DNA from: an uncultured Bacteroidota bacterium
GTDB lineage: Bacteria > Bacteroidota > Bacteroidia > Bacteroidales > GCA-2748055
Length of the DNA: 64,000 nt
NCBI GenBank assembly: GCA_937129385.1
Contig: CAKZNC010000220.1
Location: forward strand, 32,483 to 96,482
Direction of reading: 5' to 3'
How positions within the stretch are numbered: the stretch's first letter is position 1; each line of letters opens with the position of its first letter. The translations under genes and the position numbers were made by a program. A model generated the notes under the pieces. That model was given only the letters and a program-made list of their open reading frames with translations, was not told where the DNA came from and searched no databases. Positions 54,479-64,000 of the stretch are shown piece by piece.

Positions 54479-57139
54479 CTATTTCTTCAATCCAATGAAT
54501 TTTTTAATTTCATTCAGCTTATTCAAGGCCTCAACCGGAGTCAGATTATCGACATCCGTATTTGCGATCTCGTCCCGGATCTGTTTCAGGACCGGATCAT
54601 CAAGGTTAAAAAAGCTCATCTGCATGCCTTCCCTGTTTCCTCCAAGGTCACCCACGGGTTTACTGATCCGGCCTTCTGTCCCGGATTCCCCACTGCTCCC
54701 AGCTTCAAGCTCAATAAGGATCTCATTGGCTCTTTTGACCACACTCTTTGGCATCCCGGCCATCTCCGCCACGTGGATTCCAAAACTGTGTTCACTTCCG
54801 CCACGAACCAGCTTTCTCAGGAATATGACCTTCTTCTCAAGCTCGCGTATGGAAATGTTGTAATTCTTTACCCTGCCAAATACGTTTTCCATTTCATTAA
54901 GCTCGTGGTAATGTGTCGCGAACAATGTCTTGGCTTTCCATTTCGGGTGTTCATGAATGTACTCCACCATGGCCCATGCGATTGAGATCCCATCGTATGT
55001 GCTGGTACCCCGACCGATCTCATCGAGAATCACCAGGCTCCGGTCGGACAGATTGTTCAGGATACTGGCAGACTCCAGCATTTCCACCATGAAGGTGGAT
55101 TCTCCCAGGGAGATATTGTCGGAGGCGCCGACCCGTGTAAATATTTTATCAACCCACCCGATCCTTGCACTTGCTGCCGGAACAAAACTACCCACCTGCG
55201 ACATCAGGGTAATCAAAGCCACCTGTCTCAACAGTGCTGATTTTCCTGACATATTGGGACCTGTCAGGATGATCACCTGCTGCTCTTCATTGTCCAGGAC
55301 CACATCATTGGAAATATATTCTTCATCCACAGGAAGTTGCTGTTCGATCACCGGATGTCGGCCCTCCTTGATATTGATGATGGTTGAATCCTTGAGTTCG
55401 GGTTTCACATAGTGATGCTGCTTCGCAATTTTAGCAAATGACATCAGGACATCCAGCCTGGCGATCAGCGAGGCATTCAGCTGGATGGCCTGGAGGTACT
55501 CGGTCAGACTTGTCACCAGTTTGTTAAAAATTTCTGCTTCAAGTACGAGGGATTTTTCCTCGGCACCGAGGATCTTTTGTTCATATGCCTTCAGCTCTTC
55601 GGTGATATAGCGCTCGGCGCTTACAAGGGTCTGTTTTCGCACCCAGTCTTCAGGAACTTTGTCTTTATGGGTGTTCCGGACTTCGATGTAATAACCAAAC
55701 ACATTGTTAAATGCGATTTTCAGACTTGAGATCCCTGTTCTGTCAATTTCCCGTTTTTGCAATTGTGTCAGATAATCTTTCCCCGAATGCATGATGTGTC
55801 TCAGATCGTCCAGTTCCTCGGACACCCCTTTGGCAATCACATTTCCCTTGTTCACCTGGTTTGGTGGATCAGGGTTGATCTCTTTTTCAATTTGTTCTTT
55901 CACTGATGTACAGGGGTTGATCTGCTCAGCGATTCGTTTCAGGGCAGGAAGCCCGGATTCACGGCAGGCCCTTTTCAGTGGTTCAATGGCTGCAAGTGCG
56001 TTCTTAAGCTGAACGATCTCCCGCGGTGTCACTTTTCCAACTGCAATCTTGGAGACGATTCTCTCCAGGTCTCCCACCTGCCGGATATTGTCTTCACGGT
56101 CCTCTGCAAATGACTCGTTTTCAATAAAATATTCAACAAGGTTGTGTCGCTCCCTGACCAGCAGGATGTCTTTCAGGGGGAGTGCGAGCCATCTTTTCAG
56201 CAGGCGTGAACCCATGGGAGAAACAGTCTGGTCCATTACCTGAAGAAGCGTTTTCCCTCCTTCATGCAGTGCCTGGAATACTTCGAGATTGCGGAGCGTG
56301 AACCTATCCAGCCATACATAGTGGTCCTCCTCGATCCTCGACAGGCCCGTAATGTGACCGGTTCGGTTATGCTGTGTAAGTTCGAGGTATTGGAGGACGG
56401 CTCCACTGGCGATAATACCGTGTTTGAGCCTTTGTACGCCAAAGCCTTTCAGGTTTTTGGTTTTAAAGTGCCTCAGCAATTTGTCCTGGGCATTGTCTTC
56501 GGTAAACACCCATTCTTCCATTGGATAGGTGTAATAGCCTGTTCCGAATTTTTCTTCAAACCAGGAGATCTTCCCCCTCTGGATAAGGACCTCCTTGGGC
56601 TCAAAACTGCTGAGCAGTTTGTCGATGTAATCGAAATTCCCTTCCGCTGTCAGGAATTCACCCGTAGAAATATCCAGGAAGGAGACTCCTGCCATATTGT
56701 CCTCCATGTAGAGTCCTGCAAGGAAATTATTTTCCTTGTGTTCCAATACGTTCTCGTTGGTGGTAACCCCGGGTGTAACCAGTTCCGTGATCCCTCTCTT
56801 CACGATTTTCTTGGTCATTTTGGGATCTTCCAGCTGTTCACAGATTGCGACACGCTGGCCTGCTCTTACCAACTTGGGAAGATAGGTATCGAGTGCATGA
56901 TGGGGAAAGCCGGCAAGTTCCACAAACGATGCCGCACCATTTGCGCGTCGCGTGAGCGTGATTCCCAGGATATCGGCTGCGCGTATTGCATCCTCGCCGA
57001 AGGTTTCATAGAAATCACCCACCCTGAACAACAGGATTGCATCCGGATGTTTCGACTTGATGGCATAGTACTGCTTCATCAAGGGTGTTTCAACAGCTTT
57101 CTTCGGAGTATCGGCCAAGGTCTTCTTGTTTGAGTCCAA
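54479..57139 (-). CDS. mutS: DNA mismatch repair protein MutS
   Basis: 886 aa. N-terminus [34 protein letters not shown], Walker [16 protein letters not shown], plus [12 protein letters not shown] and ATHYHEL. Confidence 0.95.
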   Translation of the reverse strand: MDSNKKTLADTPKKAVETPLMKQYYAIKSKHPDAILLFRVGDFYETFGEDAIRAADILGITLTRRANGAASFVELAGFPHHALDTYLPKLVRAGQRVAICEQLEDPKMTKKIVKRGITELVTPGVTTNENVLEHKENNFLAGLYMEDNMAGVSFLDISTGEFLTAEGNFDYIDKLLSSFEPKEVLIQRGKISWFEEKFGTGYYTYPMEEWVFTEDNAQDKLLRHFKTKNLKGFGVQRLKHGIIASGAVLQYLELTQHNRTGHITGLSRIEEDHYVWLDRFTLRNLEVFQALHEGGKTLLQVMDQTVSPMGSRLLKRWLALPLKDILLVRERHNLVEYFIENESFAEDREDNIRQVGDLERIVSKIAVGKVTPREIVQLKNALAAIEPLKRACRESGLPALKRIAEQINPCTSVKEQIEKEINPDPPNQVNKGNVIAKGVSEELDDLRHIMHSGKDYLTQLQKREIDRTGISSLKIAFNNVFGYYIEVRNTHKDKVPEDWVRKQTLVSAERYITEELKAYEQKILGAEEKSLVLEAEIFNKLVTSLTEYLQAIQLNASLIARLDVLMSFAKIAKQHHYVKPELKDSTIINIKEGRHPVIEQQLPVDEEYISNDVVLDNEEQQVIILTGPNMSGKSALLRQVALITLMSQVGSFVPAASARIGWVDKIFTRVGASDNISLGESTFMVEMLESASILNNLSDRSLVILDEIGRGTSTYDGISIAWAMVEYIHEHPKWKAKTLFATHYHELNEMENVFGRVKNYNISIRELEKKVIFLRKLVRGGSEHSFGIHVAEMAGMPKSVVKRANEILIELEAGSSGESGTEGRISKPVGDLGGNREGMQMSFFNLDDPVLKQIRDEIANTDVDNLTPVEALNKLNEIKKFIGLKK

Positions 57140-57358
57140 AAATAACAGATTGTAAGTGAATAGTGAAGGAACCGGGAAGCTATTTTGTATGAAAGTTCAT
57201 AAGTATCCCGATCCTGGGACCAATATACGGTTGATCATTGCCTGTTAAAAATTAAATGGCGGTGGGTCGATCCACCCTGTCCGGTCATATTCAGCATAAC
57301 GAATTGTGGCGATTTTTTGTAGATTCGTTCAATGTTTTCTTAATTGAGCGCAAATTTC

Positions 57359-58585
57359 ATGAAGAGCGGTAAATACAGACTGACCCTATTGATCTTTGCC
57401 GGATTTTTCCTCGGGATCCTGGCAGGATGGATATGGGGGGACACCATTGTTCCGGTTGCCACCCCAATGAAGGAGCTGTTTCTGCGCCTGTTGAAGATGG
57501 CCATTCTGCCACTTGTGATCACCTCGATCGTCAGCGCCGTGATCAAAGTCGGGTCATCAAAAGGCGTGGGACAGATTACTGTGCGAACCATCGTTTATTA
57601 CCTGACAACCAGTGTGCTGGCAATCCTGACTGGCCAGATACTGGTCAATTTTTTCAAGCCTGGTATGGGGGCGAACCTTGGACTGGAGGCTGATCCGGAT
57701 ACGATTGGTGTGGTTCAAAAGGGACTGGGAGAGCTTTTGATGGATATCATTCCAAAAAACATTTTTGAGTCGATGGCCAGGGGGGATGTATTGCCGGTCA
57801 TCTTTTTTTCCATCCTGTTTGGATTTTTCGTGACCCAGCTAAAGGAAAAGAAACGCGTATTGATGGGTGACATTTTCCAGGCGGGATTTGAAGCGATGAT
57901 GAAGCTCACCCTGTTCGTGATCTGGACTGCCCCCGTCGGTGTGTTCGGGATCGTTGCGATCATCGTTGCAGAAACCGGATTTGATGCATTTATTCCCCTT
58001 GGCGGGCATTTCCTGGTGGTCCTCGCTGCACTTTCGATCCATTTTTTCATCACCCTGCCATTGATTCTGTGGTTTGTCGGAAAAACAAACCCGGTGACAC
58101 ATTTCAAGGGAATGATCACTGCACTGCTCACCGCTTTTTCAACCTGTTCCACCATTGTGACCCTCCCGTTCACAATGAAGGCGGTAACAGAACACTCCGG
58201 GGCATCAGAAAAAGCCGCCGGCTTTGTGCTCCCCATCGGTGCAACCATCAATATGGATGGAACCGCGCTGTATGAGTGTGTGGCCACCATCTTTATTGCC
58301 CAGGTTTATGGCTTTGACCTGACCCTGGCACAGCAGGGATTGATTGTGATCACGGCCGTACTGGCATCTATTGGTGCAGCAAGCATTCCCATGAGCGGAC
58401 TCGTGATGATGACCATTATTCTGAATGCTGTAGGCCTGCCCCTGGAGGGCATCGGGATCATCCTGGCAGTGGATAGGATCCTGGATATGTTCAGGACCAC
58501 GGTGAATGTATACAGTGACAGTGTGGGTGCTGTTGTGATCTCAAAATTTGAAGAACGGCAGACAGAGCAGGACATGATTCAATGA
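57359..58585 (+). CDS. dicarboxylate/amino acid:cation symporter (DAACS/GltP family)
   Basis: Start moved to the ATG at 57359 (MKSGKYRLTLLIF). The segments FSTCSTIVTLPFTM, LPIGATINMDGTALYE and IGAASIPMSGLV are typical of the family. Confidence 0.85.
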   Translation: MKSGKYRLTLLIFAGFFLGILAGWIWGDTIVPVATPMKELFLRLLKMAILPLVITSIVSAVIKVGSSKGVGQITVRTIVYYLTTSVLAILTGQILVNFFKPGMGANLGLEADPDTIGVVQKGLGELLMDIIPKNIFESMARGDVLPVIFFSILFGFFVTQLKEKKRVLMGDIFQAGFEAMMKLTLFVIWTAPVGVFGIVAIIVAETGFDAFIPLGGHFLVVLAALSIHFFITLPLILWFVGKTNPVTHFKGMITALLTAFSTCSTIVTLPFTMKAVTEHSGASEKAAGFVLPIGATINMDGTALYECVATIFIAQVYGFDLTLAQQGLIVITAVLASIGAASIPMSGLVMMTIILNAVGLPLEGIGIILAVDRILDMFRTTVNVYSDSVGAVVISKFEERQTEQDMIQ

Positions 58586-58710
58586 TGCTCCGTTTTGGTT
58601 CCTGCATTCATCCTCGTACAGCGCATTTCAACCTGCTTGCTGAACAGACATTTATACCTGTCAGACTGGTGGGGAGATCAACAATTGGGGCTTTTCTGGG
58701 TTATCTTTTT

Positions 58711-59103
58711 ATGAAAAGAGTAACCGGTATTGGCGGAGTGTTCTTCAAAAGCAAGGATTCCGCACAGACCAAAGCCTGGTATGCCAGGCACCTGGGAATT
58801 GAATCAGGAGAATATGGAGGCGGTTTCAGTTGGCTGGACGCCGAGAATCCTGAAATAAAGGGTTTCACAGCCTGGAGCGTATTTGAAAATGAAAGCAACT
58901 ATTTCGAACCCTCCGGGAAGGATTTCATGTTCAACTACCGGGTTGAGAATCTTGAGAAGTTAATGGAGGCGTTGAAGCAAGAGGGTGTGCAGACGGTGGG
59001 TGAAATTGAAACCTATTCCTACGGAAAATTTGGTTGGATCCTGGATCCGGAGGGCAGAAAGATCGAACTCTGGGAACCGGGTGAAGCACCTCCCGAGGTA
59101 TAG
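58711..59103 (+). CDS. VOC/glyoxalase-family protein
   Basis: Start moved to MKRVTGIGGVFFKSKDSAQTKAWYARHLGIE. The C-terminus is GKFGWILDPEGRKIELWEP. Small beta-alpha-beta-beta-beta fold pattern. Confidence 0.65.
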   Translation: MKRVTGIGGVFFKSKDSAQTKAWYARHLGIESGEYGGGFSWLDAENPEIKGFTAWSVFENESNYFEPSGKDFMFNYRVENLEKLMEALKQEGVQTVGEIETYSYGKFGWILDPEGRKIELWEPGEAPPEV

Positions 59104-59258
59104 CGTCTCTTCCTGGATGAAATCCTTTGGAACTTGCTCATTCGGGAAAACGTGATATTATTGGGGGGCATTGCTTGTACTTCGCCCGATTCGAACTATT
59201 TTTGCAAGCGTATTGCACAGGTTTTCAAATGACTTGCCGGTGCCGTTTATGATCTGAC

Positions 59259-59858
59259 ATGGAAAATTTCTGGGATAAAAGATACAACACCAACGAATAT
59301 GTATATGGCAGGGAGCCCAATGCATATTTTAAAAGCAAACTCGACCAACTGAATCCTGGTAGTTTATTGCTACCGGGTGAGGGTGAGGGCAGAAATGCCG
59401 TCTATGGTGCATCTATCGGCTGGCAGGTGCATGCCTTTGACAGCAGTGTCGTGGGCCGTGAGAAAGCAAAGCAGCTGGCTTGGGAAAATGGAACAACGAT
59501 CCATTATGACATCGCCACCTACCAGGAATATGATCCCCGGTCACTGCGGTTCAATGCTGTGGGGCTGCTTTTTACCCACCAGCCACCAGAAATGAGGCCC
59601 GGATTTCACAGAAAAATGATTGAGGCCCTTGAGCCGGGTGGAATCATTATCCTCGAGGGTTTCCACAAAGACCAGATATACCGCGATTCGGGTGGTCCGG
59701 GAAACCTGGGGTATCTGTTCAGCGAAGAGGAACTGAAAGATGATTTCAGTCGGCTTGAAATTATCGAACTCAACACCCTGGTCAGGAACCTGGATGAGGG
59801 ATCATTTCACCAGGGGGAAGCAGCTGTAGTGCAACTTACCGCCCGGAAATCCGGATAA
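59259..59858 (+). CDS. class I SAM-dependent methyltransferase
   Basis: LLLPGEGEGRNAVYGA (motif I, variant of E/DxGxGxG), then ...VHAFDSS and LEPGGIIILEGF. Confidence 0.65.
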   Translation: MENFWDKRYNTNEYVYGREPNAYFKSKLDQLNPGSLLLPGEGEGRNAVYGASIGWQVHAFDSSVVGREKAKQLAWENGTTIHYDIATYQEYDPRSLRFNAVGLLFTHQPPEMRPGFHRKMIEALEPGGIIILEGFHKDQIYRDSGGPGNLGYLFSEEELKDDFSRLEIIELNTLVRNLDEGSFHQGEAAVVQLTARKSG

Positions 59859-60011
59859 CCGGAACTGTCGGATCCGGCTTCATCGTCTTTCTATTTCCAT
59901 TCATGTGCTGTCAGCCTCCATTCCCCGGAAAAATTGATTGTTAAAAAGGCCAAATGAAAAACATTTTTCACCTGCCAATGTTAAGCCTATACCAACTCAA
60001 CCCAAATTGCA

Positions 60012-60803
60012 ATGGACTTAGGCTTAAAGGATAAAGTAATGATGGTGGCCGCTTCAAGTTCCGGCCTCGGCTTTGCTGTAGCCAGGAACCTGGCTGCCGA
60101 GGGGGCAAAAATCTCAATGGCCAGCAGAAGTGTGAAGCACATTGAAGACGCAGCTGCAGAGATCAGGACCTCCTATAATGTTGATGTGTTGCCTTCTGTC
60201 ATGGATGTCACAGATCCGTTCACAATTGAATCCTGGGTAAAGCATACACTGGACAAATTTGGCAGGATCGACGGATTGCTCATCAATGCAGGGGGGCCTC
60301 CACCCGGAAGATTCGATGATCTCAATGACTCACAATGGTCTGCAGGTTTCGAACTCACCATGATGGGTACTGTAAGAATGATCAGGCAGGTGCTTCCTCA
60401 GATGCGAAAACAGAAAAGCGGTTCTATTTTAACCATCACTTCAATTAGCATCAAAGAACCTATTGATAATTTGTTGCTTTCTAATGTGATGAGATCTGGT
60501 GTCTCCAATCTTCTGAAGAGTCTTTCTTCGCAGTTGGCCTCTGATGGGATACGTGTAAATAACCTTGTTCCCGGTCTTTTCGGAACAGAACGGCTGAAGA
60601 ATCTCGACCTGATCAATTCAAGGGAATGGCGCATGACAGTAGAAGAGGTAAAGAAGATCAACTTTGACAATATCCCGCTTGGGAGGTATGGTGATCCGGA
60701 TGAATTCGGAAAAGCCGCAACGTTCCTGTTGTCGGATGCCGCGTCATATGTGACCGGTGAGACCATGATCATTGACGGCGGTAAAACCCGCGGAGTCAGG
60801 TAG
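60012..60803 (+). CDS. SDR-family oxidoreductase
   Basis: Rossmann N-terminus VMMVAASSSGLGFAVARNLAAEGAKI, LINAGGPPPG, and C-terminus YVTGETMIIDGG. The classical YxxxK is not obvious (LSNVMRSGV). Confidence 0.75.
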   Translation: MDLGLKDKVMMVAASSSGLGFAVARNLAAEGAKISMASRSVKHIEDAAAEIRTSYNVDVLPSVMDVTDPFTIESWVKHTLDKFGRIDGLLINAGGPPPGRFDDLNDSQWSAGFELTMMGTVRMIRQVLPQMRKQKSGSILTITSISIKEPIDNLLLSNVMRSGVSNLLKSLSSQLASDGIRVNNLVPGLFGTERLKNLDLINSREWRMTVEEVKKINFDNIPLGRYGDPDEFGKAATFLLSDAASYVTGETMIIDGGKTRGVR

Positions 60804-60809
60804 AACATC

Positions 60810-61463
60810 ATGCAGCAGCAACTGAGCAAAAAGACTCTCTCGTTCACTGACGAGATTGCAGAGGGCGTATATTTACTAGGGTTTGAACGTGATTTTGAAT
60901 TCAAGGCCGGGCAGGTGATAGGCATTGGCATGGAGAAAGAGGGTCCACGCAGGCTTTACAGTATTTGCAGCGGAGAGCGGGAACATGAGATCATGATTCT
61001 TTACAATGTTGTTGAAGAGGGGTACCTGACCCCCAGGCTATGTGATCTTACGGAGGGTGATGAAATCTGGGTCACCGGGCCCCGGGGTGAATTTCTTTAC
61101 GATTCGGCACCGGCCCTGTGGATCGCCAGCGGAACAGGTGTTGCTCCCTTCTATTCAATGCTGCGGTCTGGGCAACATGAGAACAAGACCCTCATACACG
61201 GTGAGCGCTACCTGGAACGTTTCTATTTTTATAATGAATTTTCTGAAACTCTTGGGGAACAGTATACCAGGTGCTGCTCGGCAGAAGATGACCCGGCTGT
61301 ATTCCGTGGCCGTGTTACAGCCTATCTGCAGCAGGTTGCCGCGTTGCCATCCGATTTCAAATACTATCTTTGTGGCCGGGCCGAAATGGTTGTTGAGACA
61401 AGAGATATCCTGATTGCCAGGGGGATTCCATACAACCAGATCATCTCTGAAATATACTTCTGA
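60810..61463 (+). CDS. FNR-like FAD/NAD(P)-binding oxidoreductase (flavodoxin/ferredoxin reductase family)
   Basis: FAD motif RRLYSICS and NAD(P) motif IASGTGVAPFYSML. 217 aa. Separated by 6 nt from the SDR gene and 1 nt from rlmN. Confidence 0.7.
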   Translation: MQQQLSKKTLSFTDEIAEGVYLLGFERDFEFKAGQVIGIGMEKEGPRRLYSICSGEREHEIMILYNVVEEGYLTPRLCDLTEGDEIWVTGPRGEFLYDSAPALWIASGTGVAPFYSMLRSGQHENKTLIHGERYLERFYFYNEFSETLGEQYTRCCSAEDDPAVFRGRVTAYLQQVAALPSDFKYYLCGRAEMVVETRDILIARGIPYNQIISEIYF

Positions 61464-61464
61464 C

Positions 61465-62487
61465 ATGGAACCATTATTTGGAAAGACGCTTTCAGAACTC
61501 AGTGAAGTAGCCGACGAAGCCGGGCTTCCCGCATTTGCAGCCAATCAGATGGCAGACTGGTTATATAAAAAGCCAACCGGGTCCATCGATGACATGACCA
61601 ACCTGTCGAAGAAAGCACGGGAAACGCTCAAGGAGAACTATACAATCGGGATGGCTGCATGTGTCAATATGCAGGAATCAACTGACGGAACAAAGAAATA
61701 CCTTTTCAACACCAAAACAGGTAAGTTTATTGAGACTGCCTATATTCCTGATAAAGATAGACATACGGTATGCGTTTCGACCCAGGTGGGTTGCAAAATG
61801 GGTTGTCTGTTCTGCATGACCGGCAAGCAGGGGTTCCAGGGAAATCTCTCTGCAGGTGAGATCCTGAATCAACTAAGAAGTATCGAGGAGTCGGAAAAGA
61901 TCACCAACATCGTTTACATGGGTATGGGTGAACCCCTCGACAATCTTGATGCGGTATTGAAAAGCCTGGAGATCCTCACCGCTGACTGGGGTTTTGCAAT
62001 GAGTCCCCGCAGGATCACAGTATCCACCATCGGCATCATCCCTGCCATGAAGGAATTTTTAGAGAAAAGCGAAGCGCACCTGGCCGTGAGCCTTCATTCA
62101 CCCTATGACGAGGAGCGCAAGCAACTCATGCCCATCCAGCAGGTATACCCCCTTGATGAAGTGCTCAGTGAAATTCGATCGTGGGATTTTGGCAGACAAC
62201 GCAGGGTTTCGTTTGAATACATCATGTTCAAAGACCTCAACGACACACCGATGCATGTACGCGAACTGGTAAAAAAACTTGATGGTATCAGGTGCAGGAT
62301 CAATCTGATCCGTTTTCACCCGATTCCGGATACGCCCCTGGACACCTCAACGGATAGCACAATCAGGGAGTTCAAAGAAAATCTGAATAACCAGGGAATC
62401 GTTACTACGATCAGGGCCAGCCGCGGAGAAGATATCTATGCCGCTTGCGGATTGTTGTCCACCAAAGAGCTCGTCAATAAAAAGTGA
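61465..62487 (+). CDS. rlmN: 23S rRNA/tRNA (adenine-C2)-methyltransferase RlmN (radical SAM)
   Basis: Start moved to MEPLFGKTLSEL...FAANQMADWLYKK. Radical SAM cluster VGCKMGCLFCMTG, plus IVYMGMGEPLDN and the C-terminal ACGLL motif. Confidence 0.9.
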   Translation: MEPLFGKTLSELSEVADEAGLPAFAANQMADWLYKKPTGSIDDMTNLSKKARETLKENYTIGMAACVNMQESTDGTKKYLFNTKTGKFIETAYIPDKDRHTVCVSTQVGCKMGCLFCMTGKQGFQGNLSAGEILNQLRSIEESEKITNIVYMGMGEPLDNLDAVLKSLEILTADWGFAMSPRRITVSTIGIIPAMKEFLEKSEAHLAVSLHSPYDEERKQLMPIQQVYPLDEVLSEIRSWDFGRQRRVSFEYIMFKDLNDTPMHVRELVKKLDGIRCRINLIRFHPIPDTPLDTSTDSTIREFKENLNNQGIVTTIRASRGEDIYAACGLLSTKELVNKK

Positions 62488-62528
62488 TCCCCAGGCCGAT
62501 AAATGGGCCTTTACCTGCATAAACAGGT

Positions 62529-63215
62529 ATGAGACAATGGGCCTTTGATCTGTTTGGTATTTTTTTCCCTTCCTATTGCCCGGTTTGCGGATTCCCCCTT
62601 CACACGATGCGCCAGGTAATGTGCCTGAAGTGCGAAAGCGGGATGCCATATACCAGGTATGAAAAAGATCTTTCAAATCCGGTGGCCAGGATCTTCTGGG
62701 GCCGGGTACTCCTGGAGGGGGCAACTGCCCTTGTCAGGTTTGAAAAAGGATCCAGGTACCAGCCCCTTCTCCATCACCTGAAATACAATGGCAGAAGGGA
62801 GATCGGCATATTCCTGGGACGAAAGCTGGGCTCGGTATTGAACGGCACACCATTTGCTGAAGCCGATTATCTTGTTCCTGTTCCATTGCATCCCTCACGA
62901 GAAAAAGAGCGCGGTTATAACCAGAGTGAACTGATTGTCAGGGGAGTTTCTGCAATCACAGGCATTCCCCTTTCAGATCGATTGCTGGTGAGAATACAAA
63001 AAACAGGTTCTCAAACCAGTAAGAGCAGGATCGCTCGGTGGAAAAACGTGGAAAATGTGTTTCAGCTCAACGATGAACTTGAGTGCTTTGAAAACAGGAA
63101 GCTGTTATTGATCGACGATGTGGTAACCACCGGGGCAACACTTGAGGCTTGTGCCCGCGAGTTGTTGAAAATTAAGGGTGTAAAAGTTTTTGTGGCCACG
63201 ATTGCATGTGCCTGA
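62529..63215 (+). CDS. ComF-family protein (phosphoribosyltransferase domain)
   Basis: N-terminal Cys pairs CPVCG...CLKCE, and the PRTase motif LLLIDDVVTTGATLEAC. Confidence 0.75.
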   Translation: MRQWAFDLFGIFFPSYCPVCGFPLHTMRQVMCLKCESGMPYTRYEKDLSNPVARIFWGRVLLEGATALVRFEKGSRYQPLLHHLKYNGRREIGIFLGRKLGSVLNGTPFAEADYLVPVPLHPSREKERGYNQSELIVRGVSAITGIPLSDRLLVRIQKTGSQTSKSRIARWKNVENVFQLNDELECFENRKLLLIDDVVTTGATLEACARELLKIKGVKVFVATIACA

Positions 63216-63836
63216 TCACCGTAAAAAATAGTATCTGGCATTCAGACTCAGCACATCATGAAACCACCCGGAATCCCTGTACCGCACTGCATACGCCTCA
63301 AATTTATAAAATGGGAAAACCGAGTAATTGAACCGTATTCCAAACGCGAGGGGTTCTATGACAAAGTAATTGATCCCGGCAAATGCCGTGATACCGAATC
63401 TGCGTAGATCATTGGCATAATCGGGAGAGATCGCCCCGTTTTCATCAGCATAATACTCTTTGATCAAAACGTCGGGGGAGAACCCGAATTCAAATTGGAA
63501 ATTCTCCCTGAAAAAGTAATGCAGCGACAGGGGCATCTCGATATAGCGCAGATCGATCAACTCTGTACCTGTGATAAATCCCTGAAAGTCCTTCTGAATA
63601 TTGTACTTCCCCCGAGAGGTATATTTGAGTTCAAGCTGCCAGTAGAGCAAGCCGGGCATTATTTCCCGGGCAACAAAACCACCTGCATTCAACCCCAGTT
63701 TTCCGTATAGCTCATGGGAATCACCATCGATTTTTGCCGCATTCAATCCCCCCGTGATTCCTCCCTGGAATTTCTGCGCTTTCAGCGGAACAATGCATGC
63801 CAGAAGCAGCAGGAGAAATATATGTTTGTATTTCAT
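63216..63836 (-). CDS. small outer-membrane beta-barrel protein (PorT/OmpW-like, tentative)
   Basis: Signal peptide MKYKHIFLLLLLACIVPLKAQ. About 8 alternating amphipathic strands rich in G/Y/F. Its stop abuts the ComF stop with no gap. Confidence 0.5.
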   Translation of the reverse strand: MKYKHIFLLLLLACIVPLKAQKFQGGITGGLNAAKIDGDSHELYGKLGLNAGGFVAREIMPGLLYWQLELKYTSRGKYNIQKDFQGFITGTELIDLRYIEMPLSLHYFFRENFQFEFGFSPDVLIKEYYADENGAISPDYANDLRRFGITAFAGINYFVIEPLAFGIRFNYSVFPFYKFEAYAVRYRDSGWFHDVLSLNARYYFLR

Positions 63837-64000
63837 AGCTCTTCAAATTGGGATGTTAAATTAGGGGATTTTCAAATGATAAACAAAAGGAATGATTCAT
63901 TGCAGCTGTTCAAAAGAAAAAACATACGACATGGCATGCGTAAACTCATCCTGTGTTTTTTCAAACTTTTTCACCTGCAATATTGGTGTACTTTATCAGT

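Noticed and set aside
56264-57133. 289-aa ORF on the plus strand
   Set aside because: It is antisense to mutS, whose identity is unambiguous, and shows no motifs. It is a shadow ORF. The same reasoning applies to 12402..12908, 2007..2531, 57715..58290 and other long antisense ORFs in the track.
1-64000. Search for a canonical defence island, prophage, integrative element or CRISPR-Cas locus
   Set aside because: No ORF shows integrase, transposase, recombinase, reverse transcriptase, Cas, restriction-modification, helicase-nuclease, STAND-NTPase, TIR/SIR2 or toxin-antitoxin signatures that I can recognise. There is also no spacer-interrupted repeat array. I prefer to say so rather than force a system onto ordinary genes.

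Overview
This 64-kb chromosomal segment has the hallmarks of a Bacteroidota genome. Five predicted secreted proteins end in T9SS/Por-type C-terminal sorting domains, there is a TamB gene paired with a lipidated Omp85 (TamL-type) gene, and several promoter-like motifs fit TTTG-N16-20-TAnnTTTG. I call about 50 protein-coding genes, 3 tRNAs (Phe-GAA, Gly-GCC, Leu-UAA), one pseudo-tRNA, 3-4 gene relics and a set of intrinsic terminators. Gene content falls into four groups. (1) Housekeeping: dtd, a MazG-like gene, deoC, mutS, maeB, rlmN, an NnrE-like gene and a ComF-like gene. (2) Envelope biogenesis: an FtsX/ABC pair, TamB/TamL and beta-barrel proteins. (3) A set of multidomain T9SS-secreted glycoside hydrolases with no SusC/SusD genes nearby: GH9, GH30, GH5 and a truncated GH10. 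(4) Signalling: a SpoIIE/PP2C sensor phosphatase, an AraC-HTH/TPR membrane regulator, and a CarH/LitR-like B12-MerR regulator next to an ECF sigma factor. I found no CRISPR array and no cas, integrase, transposase, reverse transcriptase, restriction-modification or toxin-antitoxin genes. I therefore cannot point to a canonical defence or mobile system, and I do not claim a new one. The most unusual observations are these. (i) A perfect 196-bp duplication at tRNA-Leu leaves a 5'-damaged pseudo-tRNA. (ii) A 3-kb AT-rich two-gene islet sits downstream of tRNA-Phe, bounded by a 14-bp direct repeat of the tRNA 3' end, with a second displaced terminator. (iii) A B12 photoreceptor-type MerR regulator is paired with an orphan ECF sigma factor. 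(iv) A stand-alone TrpB2 lies next to a DDC-type aromatic amino acid decarboxylase. (v) There is a cluster of decayed genes at 14.9-17.8 kb and another relic at 28.4-29.1 kb. All family calls rest on motif recognition by eye in the supplied translations, and no database search was possible. Start codons were adjusted using signal-peptide and homology logic, and RNA structures were folded by hand.
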